A stretch of DNA of 64,000 nucleotides from Abditibacterium sp. (GTDB lineage Bacteria; Armatimonadota; Abditibacteriia; Abditibacteriales; Abditibacteriaceae). The position numbers and the translations under genes were made by a program. Below, piece by piece: positions 19,772-29,557 of this stretch (its first letter is position 1; each line of letters starts with the position of its first letter). The stretch spans positions 4,384,001 through 4,448,000 of the forward strand of contig CBDASK010000003.1 in assembly GCA_965199495.1 (NCBI GenBank). The letters run 5' to 3'. The notes beneath the pieces are model-generated. The model was not told where the DNA came from and searched no databases. It was given only the letters and a program-made list of their open reading frames with translations.

Positions 19772-22700
19772 TCAGGTTTTAGTCCCCGCTTTCTGCGGCG
19801 CGTAAACGCTGATTTCCCACAACGAAAACCCGTAATCGGTCGCGCGTTTCAGACATAGAATCCGCACATAACGCGCGACGACCGGCGCAAATTTGCGCGT
19901 TTCGGTTGCGCCTTTGCCGTCGGAAACGTGCGCGGCGTCCGTCCAATTTACGCCGTCATCCGAAGTTTGAATTACATATTCGCTGGCGTAAGCCGCTTCC
20001 CAGTTGAGACGAACTTCGCCGATTTGCTGCGGCGCGCCCAGATCTATCGCGATCCACTGATTGTCCGTGCGCGCCGACGACCAACGCGTTGTGGTGCTGC
20101 CATCAACGGCGAAGTTGGCGGCGCGTTCGGGCACTTCGACGCTCGACGCCGTGGCGGCTTTGCCGCGCGCCAGATTCGCGTCGGGCACGGGCACAATACG
20201 CTCGCGCACGGGCAAGTTCTTCCAGACGCCATTTACAAACTCGCGCGGCGCGATATTCCAACCGTCAACGACGAGTTTGGTGGGAATATCGGCGCTGTAT
20301 TCAATAGAAATTGCGCGCGTTTCGCCCGGCAACAGCGAAACGAAATTATCGTCATAAAACGCCGGGCGCACCGGTTTTCCATTGGCATCTTGTAAGCGCA
20401 GCCACACCATGAACGCCAGATTTTTCGACGGATTGCTCAAATTCACGCTGTAAAAATGGCGACCGTCTCGGTCGAATTTGCGCGCGCTCGTTTGCAAATT
20501 GACCGTGGGCAACGCGTTCAATGATTCAAAACCCTCGTATTGCGGCCCGGTGAGCGTGCGTCCGCGCACATAATCGTGGTTGGAGCGCCAGTAAAACGTC
20601 TGCGCCAACGGTTTGCCGTCGCGGTCAGCGATGTCGAGGCGAATGAAGTGAACCGGCGAAACATCGGCGGGAAAATCAATCGCCATTACTTTGGGCATGA
20701 AGCGATCAGCAGCCACGTCGAGTGCCACGGTGCGCCGGAAGACTTCGCGCATATCCAAGTTCAGCACACGCGCGGTGATTTTGGCGCCGGGAAAAGCGCG
20801 CACGAGTTCATTGTTGACGCCAACTTCGTTCTTCAGAAAATCGAATTGCGCGTGCAACGGTTGGTGCGCGTTCTGCGAGAAATAAAGCGCCGCCGTCGGC
20901 TCCAGCGACCAATCCCACATTCGCCCACAGACCTGCGGGTTGGGGCTGTTGTGATACCAGAACAAAACGCCGGTCGAAAAGCGGTCGCCATAATCGAAGC
21001 GGTTGGCGTTCCAATTTTCCCAGATAGCACGATAGGCTAAGCCGCCAAACATTTGCGATTTCCACGCGTAATCTTCGATATTGGTGCTGGCGCCATACTG
21101 AGCCACGGCGTCTTTATAGGCCGTCGTCATGCGGTGAAAACCGCCGCCGTCCATATAATCCCACGTCGTTTTGTCAATCGGCCACAGCGCTTCGGGGGGC
21201 ATCATGGCGCGCAGCGAATCAATCGTCGGCAGAATCGGCGCGCCATATTCGGGACAAAACCCGTTGATTCGGCTGCCTCGATCCGACGCCGTATCTTCGT
21301 AATACCACATCGGATTCACGCTCACATACGGGCTGCCGTCGTGAATGCCATCGGTTTCCGAGCCGACCTGCCAACCGCGCGTACCGTCGAGCGAATCCAC
21401 CAAATCCTTGATCGGCACGCTGTTATTATCGCCGCGCTCGTTGGCCGTGACGTAATACGCCAAACTCGCGTGGTTGCGCAGCCGCTTGATGGTGTCAGCG
21501 ACGTTGGCGCGATACAAGTCTTTATCGAGCGGAATATCGGTATCGCCCGCCTCCCAAAACTCCGTCCAAACCATGATGCCCAGTTGGTCGCACAAATCGA
21601 AAAACTGGTCGGATTCGGGAATGCCGCCCGCCCACAAACGCAGAAAATTAACGCCCGATTGTCGCGTATAACGCAGTTCGGCCTCGGTGCGAAGCGGCGA
21701 AGTGCGCAGCATCGCTTCGGGAATCCAGTTGCTGCCCTGAATGAAAATCCGCTTTCCGTTGACATAAAATATCCGGCTTTTGTCGGGCGTGTTGCGGTCA
21801 CTGGTAATCTCGCGGATGCCGAATCGCGTGCGCATTTGGTCGGAAATTTGACCGCCGATTTGGAAGTCCAAATCGAGTTGATAAAGATATTGTTCGCCTT
21901 TGTTAAACGGCCACCACAAACGCGGATTCCGCACGTTCAACTGCGCGAACTCGTCGGACGAGAGCGTCACGACGCGCGTTTCGCCCGCCGCCAAAGTCAA
22001 GGTTTTTCGGGCAAGGATTTTGGCCGCATCAACGCGCGCGGTCAAAACGCCGGTTTGCGCGCGGTCGCTGGCGTTGGTGAGTTCGACCTGAATCGTTTCG
22101 CGCGCGCTCGACGTGGCTGGTAGCGGCAAATCGCTTTTGACAAATGGATTGCGCAACGCGACGGCACCCGTCGAGAACAATTTGATGTCGCGCCAGATGC
22201 CGGTATTGCGGTCGCGGATGCCATCGGGAAAAGTGAAATCCCAGCCCGCCGTCATCAGCATCGTGGTGTATTTGCCGATGGTGCCATCACCGCCGTTGCG
22301 GTTTTCGCCCGCCGCGCGCGGCTTGTCGCTCTTGGCGCGAAAGCCGTTGGGCACGTCAATCGGCGCAACCAAAACCGCGAGGGCGTTGGGGCCGCCGATT
22401 TTCACCGCGTCGGTGACATCGAACAAACCGCGATTGAACATTCCGGCCATATCGCCCAACTTGACGCCGTTGAGCCAAATCTGCGCGCGATAGTTGATGC
22501 CGTCGAATTGCATCCACACGCGGCGCCCGCGAAACGTGTTCGGAACCACGAATTCACGGCGAAACCAGTAGGTATAAAACGGCGTTCCGACGACCGAAAG
22601 GTCGGGAATCACGCTGGTTTCGTGGGCGTTATTCAGTCCGAAATACGGGTCGGGATAGACGCCATCGGCGACCAAGTTCGTCAAAACCGTGCCGGGCACG

Positions 22701-22978
22701 CGCGCCTTTTGCCAATCGCGCGCGCCAAACCCGGCGCGCGAAATCTGCGCGCCATCGGCATTGGCTTTCTCGGCTTGAACCATTTGCCAGCGAGATGCAG
22801 CTGCATCGGAGGCTTGCGAACTCAAAGTCACGGTTTCGCGCTGGGCAAACTCGCCATTTGTGTCATCGGCGCGCGCGGGTTTCGGCACGGCCAAGGCCAG
22901 CAACGCGCAAGCAGCCACGCCGCGTAACAGTGCGGCACCAAACGAAATTTTGTGGTGCCTTTGCGTCTTGATCTTCAT
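19772..22978 (-). CDS. GH2 exo-beta-glucosaminidase/beta-mannosidase-like, with C-terminal F5/8 domain
   Basis: Motifs VPGTVLT..YPDPYFGLNN, GWDFTFPDGIRDRNTGIW and NFLRLWAGG. The C-terminus (NLARGKAATASS..RWSS..WEAAYA) is F5/8-like. Confidence 0.88.
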   Translation of the reverse strand: MKIKTQRHHKISFGAALLRGVAACALLALAVPKPARADDTNGEFAQRETVTLSSQASDAAASRWQMVQAEKANADGAQISRAGFGARDWQKARVPGTVLTNLVADGVYPDPYFGLNNAHETSVIPDLSVVGTPFYTYWFRREFVVPNTFRGRRVWMQFDGINYRAQIWLNGVKLGDMAGMFNRGLFDVTDAVKIGGPNALAVLVAPIDVPNGFRAKSDKPRAAGENRNGGDGTIGKYTTMLMTAGWDFTFPDGIRDRNTGIWRDIKLFSTGAVALRNPFVKSDLPLPATSSARETIQVELTNASDRAQTGVLTARVDAAKILARKTLTLAAGETRVVTLSSDEFAQLNVRNPRLWWPFNKGEQYLYQLDLDFQIGGQISDQMRTRFGIREITSDRNTPDKSRIFYVNGKRIFIQGSNWIPEAMLRTSPLRTEAELRYTRQSGVNFLRLWAGGIPESDQFFDLCDQLGIMVWTEFWEAGDTDIPLDKDLYRANVADTIKRLRNHASLAYYVTANERGDNNSVPIKDLVDSLDGTRGWQVGSETDGIHDGSPYVSVNPMWYYEDTASDRGSRINGFCPEYGAPILPTIDSLRAMMPPEALWPIDKTTWDYMDGGGFHRMTTAYKDAVAQYGASTNIEDYAWKSQMFGGLAYRAIWENWNANRFDYGDRFSTGVLFWYHNSPNPQVCGRMWDWSLEPTAALYFSQNAHQPLHAQFDFLKNEVGVNNELVRAFPGAKITARVLNLDMREVFRRTVALDVAADRFMPKVMAIDFPADVSPVHFIRLDIADRDGKPLAQTFYWRSNHDYVRGRTLTGPQYEGFESLNALPTVNLQTSARKFDRDGRHFYSVNLSNPSKNLAFMVWLRLQDANGKPVRPAFYDDNFVSLLPGETRAISIEYSADIPTKLVVDGWNIAPREFVNGVWKNLPVRERIVPVPDANLARGKAATASSVEVPERAANFAVDGSTTTRWSSARTDNQWIAIDLGAPQQIGEVRLNWEAAYASEYVIQTSDDGVNWTDAAHVSDGKGATETRKFAPVVARYVRILCLKRATDYGFSLWEISVYAPQKAGTKT

Positions 22979-23198
22979 AAATTAAAAACGTTATTTTTGC
23001 CGGGAAACGCACTATCAAACTGGAGTTGCGGCTTTCAGTACGGGCGTCGAAATTCTCATTTTCTAAAACAGTCGCAACGCAGGATTACCCCAAGTCAGGA
23101 ACTGATAACGACGTGACGCTGCAAAAATGTCCGACAAACTGCGCGGAATTAATATCGTCCGCAATTGATTGTCTCTGCGTCAGAACACTGATTACAAT

Positions 23199-23220
23199 TA
23201 TACTGAACTATCGTTAGTTC
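23199..23220 (+). promoter_or_regulatory. -10-like TATACT followed by a LacI-type operator palindrome
   Basis: TATACT-GAACTATCGTTAGTTC; the 16-mer is one substitution from a perfect palindrome with a central CG. Confidence 0.6.
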
Positions 23221-23276
23221 ACGGAGCGACAAAGAACCAGTGAGATTATCGTTCTGCTTTATATGCGATCAACGCG

Positions 23277-25334
23277 ATGAAATCCCTTTCTTTTTTTACC
23301 CTGTCTGCGGGGGCCTTGATGCTTTTTCCATGCGCGGCGAATGCCGCGCAAAGCGTAAATTGGGGAGACTCGGATATTTCCAAAATCAGCGTCGGTTATG
23401 GCGCGCCGGGGCGCGACAAAAGCGTGGATGGCCAGCCGCTTTCGATTGGCGGACAAAAATTTGAGAAGGGCGTCGGCGTCCATGCGACCAGTGGCGCGAC
23501 GGTGCAACTCGACGGCAAAGCCACGCGTTTTACGGCTTCGGTTGGCGTGGATGATGAAGTCATCAAAGCCGGAGAACAACGCGGTTCAGTTGAGTTTTTG
23601 GTGGCGAGCGACGGTAAAATTTTGTGGCGTAGCGGCCAAATGAGCGCGGGCGACATCGCCAAAACCGTGGACGTGGCTTTAGTTGGCGTGCGTGAGCTTC
23701 AGTTGGTGGTTTCGTCTCTGGGCGACAACGCGTTCGATCACGCCGATTGGGCGCAGGCGAAGCTTGAATACGACGGCGCCGCGCCGCAATTGGTGGATGC
23801 GCAGCGCGAAACCGCCGTGATTTTGACGCCCCAACCCAAAGCTGTGCCGCGCATCAACGGTGCGCGCGTTTTTGGCGCGCGGCCCGGCACGCCGTTTCTT
23901 TATGCCGTCGCCGCGACCGGACAAAAACCGTTGCACTATTCCGCCCAAAATTTGCCCGCCGGACTTTCGCTTGACGCGCAAAGCGGTTTGATAACCGGAC
24001 GCTTGGCACAAAAAGGCACTTATCGCGCGACGATTTCAGTGGCCAATGCGCTGGGCCGCGACACAAAACCACTGCGCATCGAAATCGGGCAGGACATTAA
24101 TCTGACGCCGCCGATGGGCTGGAATTCGTGGTATCGTTACAGCGAATCGGTGAGCCAGCAGAACGTTTTGGAAACCGCGCGCGCCCTCAAAGAAAGCGGT
24201 TTGGCCGATCACGGTTGGAGTTACATCAACATTGACGATTGCTGGCAGGGCGAGCGGAGCGGGCCGAATCTGGCATTGCAGGCCAACGAGAAATTTCCCA
24301 ATATGAAGGCGATGTGCGATCAAATTCACGCGCTCGGACTTAAAGCCGGACTTTACTCGACGCCGTGGATTAGCAGCTACGCCGGGTTTCGCGGTGGCAG
24401 TTCGCCGGGCGCCGACGGCAGTTATCCGGTCGCCCTGCCGCCCGAAAAACGCTTGCAACCGGGCCAGATTTTCGGGCGCGCGCCGGGCTATCGTTTGGCC
24501 GGATTGAATCATATCGGCGAGCATTGGTTCTTCGACCGCGACGCGCGGCAAATCGCCGATTGGGGTTTCGATTACATCAAAATGGACTGGGCTGGCCCCG
24601 ACGTGGCGACGACGCAACGCATCGAATCCGATTTAATGAAAGTGAATCGTGATATTACGCTCAGTCTGAGCAACAGCGCGCCGCTCGATAGGGCGCCGCA
24701 ACTGAGCCAACTCGCGCAGGCGTGGCGCACGACGGGCGATATTCACGACAACTGGGCCGCAGTTTCGAGCATCGCGCAGGCGCAGCAGAAGTGGGCGCCT
24801 TTCACCAAACCGGGACATTGGAACGATCCCGATATGTTACAAGTCGGCGTTTTGGGCGTGCCCAATTCGTTCAATGCCGCTGGCAAACCAAGTGGCCTCA
24901 CGCCCAACGAACAATACAGTCAAGTCAGTTTGTGGAGCCTGTTTTCGGCGCCGTTGATTTTGTCGTGCGACATCGCCACGTTGGATGATTTCACCAAAAG
25001 TTTGCTCACCAACGACGAAGTTTTGGAAGTCAACCAAGACCCGATGGTCGCTCCGGCGAGTTTGATTTCGGACGGCGACGCGCGCATTTGGAGCAAACCA
25101 CTCGAAGATGGCAGCATCGCGGTTGGTCTGTTTAACTTCGGCGAATTGGAACAGGAAATCAGCGTGAATTTCGCCGATTTGAAATTGGATAAACCGCAAC
25201 GCGCCCGCGATTTATGGAGGCAAAGCGATTTAGGCACCCACGACAAATTTTTTGCCGCGCGCGTGCCGCGTCACGGTGTGTTGCTGGTCAAACTCTCGCC
25301 AGTTGATGGCGGCAGATTTTCATCAACCCCATAG
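23277..25334 (+). CDS. GH27 alpha-galactosidase with N-terminal NPCBM and putative Ig domains
   Basis: Motifs LTPPMGWNSW, INIDDCWQ, GFDYIKMD, WRTTGDI and WNDPDML; the NPCBM part has KGVGVHA..DHADWAQAKL. Confidence 0.92.
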   Translation: MKSLSFFTLSAGALMLFPCAANAAQSVNWGDSDISKISVGYGAPGRDKSVDGQPLSIGGQKFEKGVGVHATSGATVQLDGKATRFTASVGVDDEVIKAGEQRGSVEFLVASDGKILWRSGQMSAGDIAKTVDVALVGVRELQLVVSSLGDNAFDHADWAQAKLEYDGAAPQLVDAQRETAVILTPQPKAVPRINGARVFGARPGTPFLYAVAATGQKPLHYSAQNLPAGLSLDAQSGLITGRLAQKGTYRATISVANALGRDTKPLRIEIGQDINLTPPMGWNSWYRYSESVSQQNVLETARALKESGLADHGWSYINIDDCWQGERSGPNLALQANEKFPNMKAMCDQIHALGLKAGLYSTPWISSYAGFRGGSSPGADGSYPVALPPEKRLQPGQIFGRAPGYRLAGLNHIGEHWFFDRDARQIADWGFDYIKMDWAGPDVATTQRIESDLMKVNRDITLSLSNSAPLDRAPQLSQLAQAWRTTGDIHDNWAAVSSIAQAQQKWAPFTKPGHWNDPDMLQVGVLGVPNSFNAAGKPSGLTPNEQYSQVSLWSLFSAPLILSCDIATLDDFTKSLLTNDEVLEVNQDPMVAPASLISDGDARIWSKPLEDGSIAVGLFNFGELEQEISVNFADLKLDKPQRARDLWRQSDLGTHDKFFAARVPRHGVLLVKLSPVDGGRFSSTP

Positions 25335-25441
25335 AGACACCGATTTATCGCGTCTAAAACGTCAAAGCCACCGCCAACAAAGCGGATTCATTGAACGTTT
25401 TAGACGCGATAAATCGGTGTCTCTACGGGGTTGATGAAAAT
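25316..25441. repeat. GTAG-type REP doublet with 15-bp perfect inverted flanks, overlapping the GH27 stop codon
   Basis: ATAGAGACACCGATTTATCGCGTCTAAAACGT ... ACGTTTTAGACGCGATAAATCGGTGTCTCTAC (25331-25426). Confidence 0.9.
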
Positions 25442-25474
25442 TGCGATCCAAACGAAACCTAAAAATCATTCCCA

Positions 25475-28330
25475 ATGAATTTTTTCAAATCAAATCCCGC
25501 CAAACTCATCGTTCTGGCTGCGAGCCTAATCCTGAGCGCCGCGCCCTTACTCGCGCAGCCTTTGACGGTGCGCGAACGCGCGCAAAAGAACGATTTCGCG
25601 CTCGTCAATAACGGCAAATCTGCCGCGATTTTGCGTGATAACAGCGACGCTAAAGTCGTCCAAATCGCCGCCGATTTGCTGGCGCAAGACATCAAACGCG
25701 TCACGAATGTGAATGCCCAAACTTCGCTCGACCGCTCGCAAGCAGTGATTATCGGCACGCTGGGCGAAAGCGCGTTGGTGAGCGAAGCCCTCGCCAGCAA
25801 CAAGCTCGACGTGGCTGCACTTAGCGGGCAGTGGGAAAGCTACAAAATCGCTGTTGTCAACAATCCATTGCCCAAAACTCATCCCGAAATCAAACGCGCG
25901 CTTTTAGTTGTCGGCAGTGACCGGCGCGGCACGGCTTACGGCACGTTTGCGCTCAGCGAATCCATCGGCGTTTCGCCGTGGTACTGGTGGGCCGACGTGC
26001 CGCCAACGCGCCATGCCAATTTGTTTTTGGCATCGCAAACCATCAATCAGGGGCCGCCGTCGGTGAAGTATCGCGGACTTTTCATCAACGACGAAGATTT
26101 CGGCATGCAGCCGTGGGTCGCCAAAACGTTCGACCCAGCCACCGGCAATATCGGCCCGAAAACCTACGCTAAAGTTTTCGAGTTGCTCCTGCGATTGCGC
26201 GCCAATTTCTGCTGGCCCGCGATGCACCCGAATACGCACGCCTTCAACTTTTATCCCGACGATAAACGGGTCGCCGACGATTACGCGATTGTGATGGGCG
26301 CCTCGCACTGCGAGCCGATGCTGGTCAACAACGCGGTCAAAACCGAGTGGGACACGAAGGTGGATGGCGAGTGGAATTACGAAACCAACGCGGCGGGCAT
26401 GGGCAAAGTTTGGGATGCACGCCTTCAAACCAACGGCCAATATGAGAACGTTTATACCGTCGGGATGCGCGGCATTCACGATGCGCCGATGCCGGGCAAG
26501 GGCACGCCCACGGAAAAGGCGCGCATTTTGGAAAAAGTCATCGCCGACCAACGCGAAATTTTGCACAATCGCACCGGCAAACCCACCGACGAAGTGCCGC
26601 AGATTTTTATCCCTTACAAAGAAGTTTTGGGCATTTACCGCACCGGAATGCAGGTGCCCGATGACGTGACTTTGGTCTGGGTTGATGATAATCACGGCTA
26701 TTTGCGCCAATTGTCCAATCCGCAGGAGCAAAAACGGGCGGGCGGTTCGGGCGTTTATTATCACTTTTCCTATTGGGGCGCGCCGGAAGATTATCTGTGG
26801 ATCGCCTCGACTTCGCCGTCGCTGACCGCCTACGAAATGAACAAGGCGTATCAATATGGCGCCAATCGTTTGTGGGTTTTCAACGTCGGCGATTTGAAAC
26901 CCGCCGAAAAAGAGTTGACTTTCGCGCTCAAAATGGCGTGGGACATCAAAGAGGGCACGCCGCAAAAGGCGCTCGATTTTCCGCGCCAGTGGGCGGGCCA
27001 AACTTTTGGCGCCCAATTCGCCGCGCCGATTGGCCAAATTCTGAACGAATATTATCGTCTGGCGCAACGCGGCAAGCCGGAACACATGAATTTGGTGACG
27101 TTTTCACCCGCGCAGCGCGCGCAACGTCTGGCCGATTATCGCTCAATCGCCGCGCGTGCCAACGCGATTTATGGACAAATTCCGGCGCCACTCAAAGACG
27201 CGTATTACGAATTGGTTTTCTATCCCATCGCGGCGGCGGCGCTGCAAAACGAGAAATTTTTGCTGGCGCGCGACAGTATAGAAATGGCGGCGCAGGGCGA
27301 CCCGAACGCCCTAAAAGTCGCCGCGCAAGCGCAAGCGGCCTACGACCAAATCGCGCGTATCACCGACGTTTACAACAACGGCATCGCGGGCGGAAAATGG
27401 CGCAACATGATGAGTTGGCATCCGCGTGACATCGCGCCTTTTAAGATGCCCAAAGTCGCCACCGCCGATATGATTGGAGCCGCGAAAATCTCGGCGCCGA
27501 TTGAAATTCCGCTTGCGGCGGGCACTTTCGCGGCGCCGATGCAACTGAAAAACGGCGTATTGGGTGGCACTTCGCCCGACGTGCAAAGCGAAGCGACGGG
27601 CGGAAGCGCGACTTTTCAATTCGATTCTCCAGCAAGCGAAACGGCGCCGCTGTGGGCTTGGGTGAGCGCGCCTTCGCCCGACGAAGATTCGTGGTTTTTC
27701 GATTTCAACGGCCAAAAAACCGTCGTCAACGACAAAACGACGGGCGCGCAATGGAAATGGGTAAAATTGGGCGATTTTGATTTGAAAGCGGGCCACAACA
27801 CGCTGACAATCGGTCAACGCGAACCCAACGCGCGCATCCAAAAACTGCGTTTTGGCGGCGATGATCCGACGGCGCCAACCGACGCATTACTCCAAATCGC
27901 GGGCGCCGATTTCGTCCGCAAGACCGATACCGCGAGCGCAAAAATTACTAAATTCGCCGGTTTCGGTCAGGGCAACGGTTCGGTGACGATCCTGCCCGTC
28001 ACGGCGCCATCGGTGGCGCCCGACAAAGCGGCGAGCGCGATTTATCAAGCGCAATTACCCGCCGGAAGTCGCAGCGCGACCCTGCGATTTTTGCCGACTT
28101 CGGCGATTAACGAAACGCACGGCCTGCGCGTGGCTGTCAGTATCAACGGCGGTGCGGCGCAGATTCTCGATCTGAACGCGCAGGAATTCAGCAAAGAATG
28201 GGGCGATAACGTATTGCGCGGCTTTTCGCAGCGCGAAATGAGTTTCGAGCAAAACGCGGGGCAAAAAACCAACGTCGAAGTCAAGTTTTTGGATCCAGGT
28301 CTGGTTTTGGAAGCGATTGATTTTCGATAA
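25475..28330 (+). CDS. GH115 alpha-glucuronidase family protein
   Basis: Motifs GSDRRGTAYG, IGVSPWYWWAD, YRGLFINDED, WPAMH, GASHCEPM and GMRGIHD. Confidence 0.92.
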   Translation: MNFFKSNPAKLIVLAASLILSAAPLLAQPLTVRERAQKNDFALVNNGKSAAILRDNSDAKVVQIAADLLAQDIKRVTNVNAQTSLDRSQAVIIGTLGESALVSEALASNKLDVAALSGQWESYKIAVVNNPLPKTHPEIKRALLVVGSDRRGTAYGTFALSESIGVSPWYWWADVPPTRHANLFLASQTINQGPPSVKYRGLFINDEDFGMQPWVAKTFDPATGNIGPKTYAKVFELLLRLRANFCWPAMHPNTHAFNFYPDDKRVADDYAIVMGASHCEPMLVNNAVKTEWDTKVDGEWNYETNAAGMGKVWDARLQTNGQYENVYTVGMRGIHDAPMPGKGTPTEKARILEKVIADQREILHNRTGKPTDEVPQIFIPYKEVLGIYRTGMQVPDDVTLVWVDDNHGYLRQLSNPQEQKRAGGSGVYYHFSYWGAPEDYLWIASTSPSLTAYEMNKAYQYGANRLWVFNVGDLKPAEKELTFALKMAWDIKEGTPQKALDFPRQWAGQTFGAQFAAPIGQILNEYYRLAQRGKPEHMNLVTFSPAQRAQRLADYRSIAARANAIYGQIPAPLKDAYYELVFYPIAAAALQNEKFLLARDSIEMAAQGDPNALKVAAQAQAAYDQIARITDVYNNGIAGGKWRNMMSWHPRDIAPFKMPKVATADMIGAAKISAPIEIPLAAGTFAAPMQLKNGVLGGTSPDVQSEATGGSATFQFDSPASETAPLWAWVSAPSPDEDSWFFDFNGQKTVVNDKTTGAQWKWVKLGDFDLKAGHNTLTIGQREPNARIQKLRFGGDDPTAPTDALLQIAGADFVRKTDTASAKITKFAGFGQGNGSVTILPVTAPSVAPDKAASAIYQAQLPAGSRSATLRFLPTSAINETHGLRVAVSINGGAAQILDLNAQEFSKEWGDNVLRGFSQREMSFEQNAGQKTNVEVKFLDPGLVLEAIDFR

Positions 28331-28338
28331 TTGAAGTG

Positions 28339-28424
28339 ACAGGAGCGGGGCTGACGCACCCTTCCAATAGGATAAGTTCCTCCATAGACCGCCGATTGGA
28401 AGGGTGCGTCAGCCCCGCTCCTGT
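28339..28424. repeat. 30-bp perfect inverted repeat with 26-nt spacer; possible second REP-like family
   Basis: ACAGGAGCGGGGCTGACGCACCCTTCCAAT / ATTGGAAGGGTGCGTCAGCCCCGCTCCTGT. Confidence 0.8.
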
Positions 28425-28483
28425 AGTATCCAATTCAAGAATGGTTAGGACTTACGCAGGGGCGTTGATTTAGACTTTTTCTG

Positions 28484-29551
28484 ATGAGTTTGAGCAAACT
28501 GGATTACTGCCAATATCTTCTGAGCAGCCCGGTCAATTACACCTTGACTAACATGGCCGCTCATGTGGAAGAGCTGTCCCATGACCGTCTCAACCGCTAC
28601 CTGCGCGGGGAGAAGCTCACCCCGCGTTTGTTGTGGGAGAACGTGCGCGAAGTTTACCAGCCGTGCGCGAGTGGGTTTATCGTGTTCGACGACACGGTGT
28701 TGGACAAGAGCTTTGGCCCCTCTATCGAGACCACGCGCAGACAATGGAGCGGCAACGCTCATGGTATCGTGCGCGGTATCGGTCTGGTCTCGTGCCTCTA
28801 TGTCCATCCCGAAACCGAGCAGTTTTGGGTCATTGACTACCGCATCTTCGACCCCGATGGCGACGGCAAAAGCAAGCTCGACCATGTCGAAGAGATGCTG
28901 CAAAGCATCAAGGCGCGGGCAATTCCGTTTCAAACCGTGCTGATGGACTCGTGGTATGCCACCAAACACCTGATGTGGACAATCGAGAACTGGCACCAAA
29001 ACACCCAACAGGAGGACAGTGCCGGTGCCGGTGCCGGTGCCGGTGCCGACAAGAAGCTGTTCTACTGTCCGCTCAAAAGCAACCGCAAAGTCGATGATAG
29101 CTTTGGTGAGCGACCTTACCGCGCGGTGAGTGAGTTGGAGTGGAGCGAAGCAGAGTTACAAACGGGCAAAAAGATCAAGGTTTATGGGTTTGCTAAAGAG
29201 TTCAAGGTGCAACTGTTCCGGGTGCCGGTTTCTTCCAGCCGCACGGACTACGTCGTGACCAACGACTTGTCTCAGGATTCCACGCAAGAGACACGAAAGG
29301 TGTGTGCCGTGCGCTGGAAGATTGAGCAGTATCACCGAGAAATCAAGCAACTCACAGGCATCGAGAGCTGCCAATGCCGCAAAGCTCGCATTCAGCGTAA
29401 CCACGTCCACTGCGCGCTTTTGGTCTGGACACGATTGACCGCCATTGCTCACCGCAATCTCACAAACGTCTACCAACTCAAGCACGGCTTGCTGCGAGAC
29501 TACCTCGTTCAACAACTCAAAAGACCTACCATCAACTTGGCTTCTGCGTAA
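28484..29551 (+). CDS. IS701-like DDE transposase
   Basis: Motifs FDDTVLDK, LMDSWYA and RWKIEQYHREIKQLTG; the stop codon lies within the right inverted repeat. Confidence 0.92.
   Translation: MSLSKLDYCQYLLSSPVNYTLTNMAAHVEELSHDRLNRYLRGEKLTPRLLWENVREVYQPCASGFIVFDDTVLDKSFGPSIETTRRQWSGNAHGIVRGIGLVSCLYVHPETEQFWVIDYRIFDPDGDGKSKLDHVEEMLQSIKARAIPFQTVLMDSWYATKHLMWTIENWHQNTQQEDSAGAGAGAGADKKLFYCPLKSNRKVDDSFGERPYRAVSELEWSEAELQTGKKIKVYGFAKEFKVQLFRVPVSSSRTDYVVTNDLSQDSTQETRKVCAVRWKIEQYHREIKQLTGIESCQCRKARIQRNHVHCALLVWTRLTAIAHRNLTNVYQLKHGLLRDYLVQQLKRPTINLASA
29019..29048 (+). repeat. (GTGCCG)5 microsatellite inside the transposase, encoding AGAGAGAGA
   Basis: Read directly from the sequence. Confidence 0.9.
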
Positions 29552-29557
29552 GTCCTA

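Larger units (their letters stand above)
28447..29556 (+). mobile_element. Insertion sequence, IS701-like (DDE)
   Basis: Terminal inverted repeats AGGACTTACGCAG / CTGCGTAAGTCCT; flanking direct repeat AATGGTT at 28440-28446 and 29557-29563. End placement is uncertain by about 1 nt. Confidence 0.92.
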
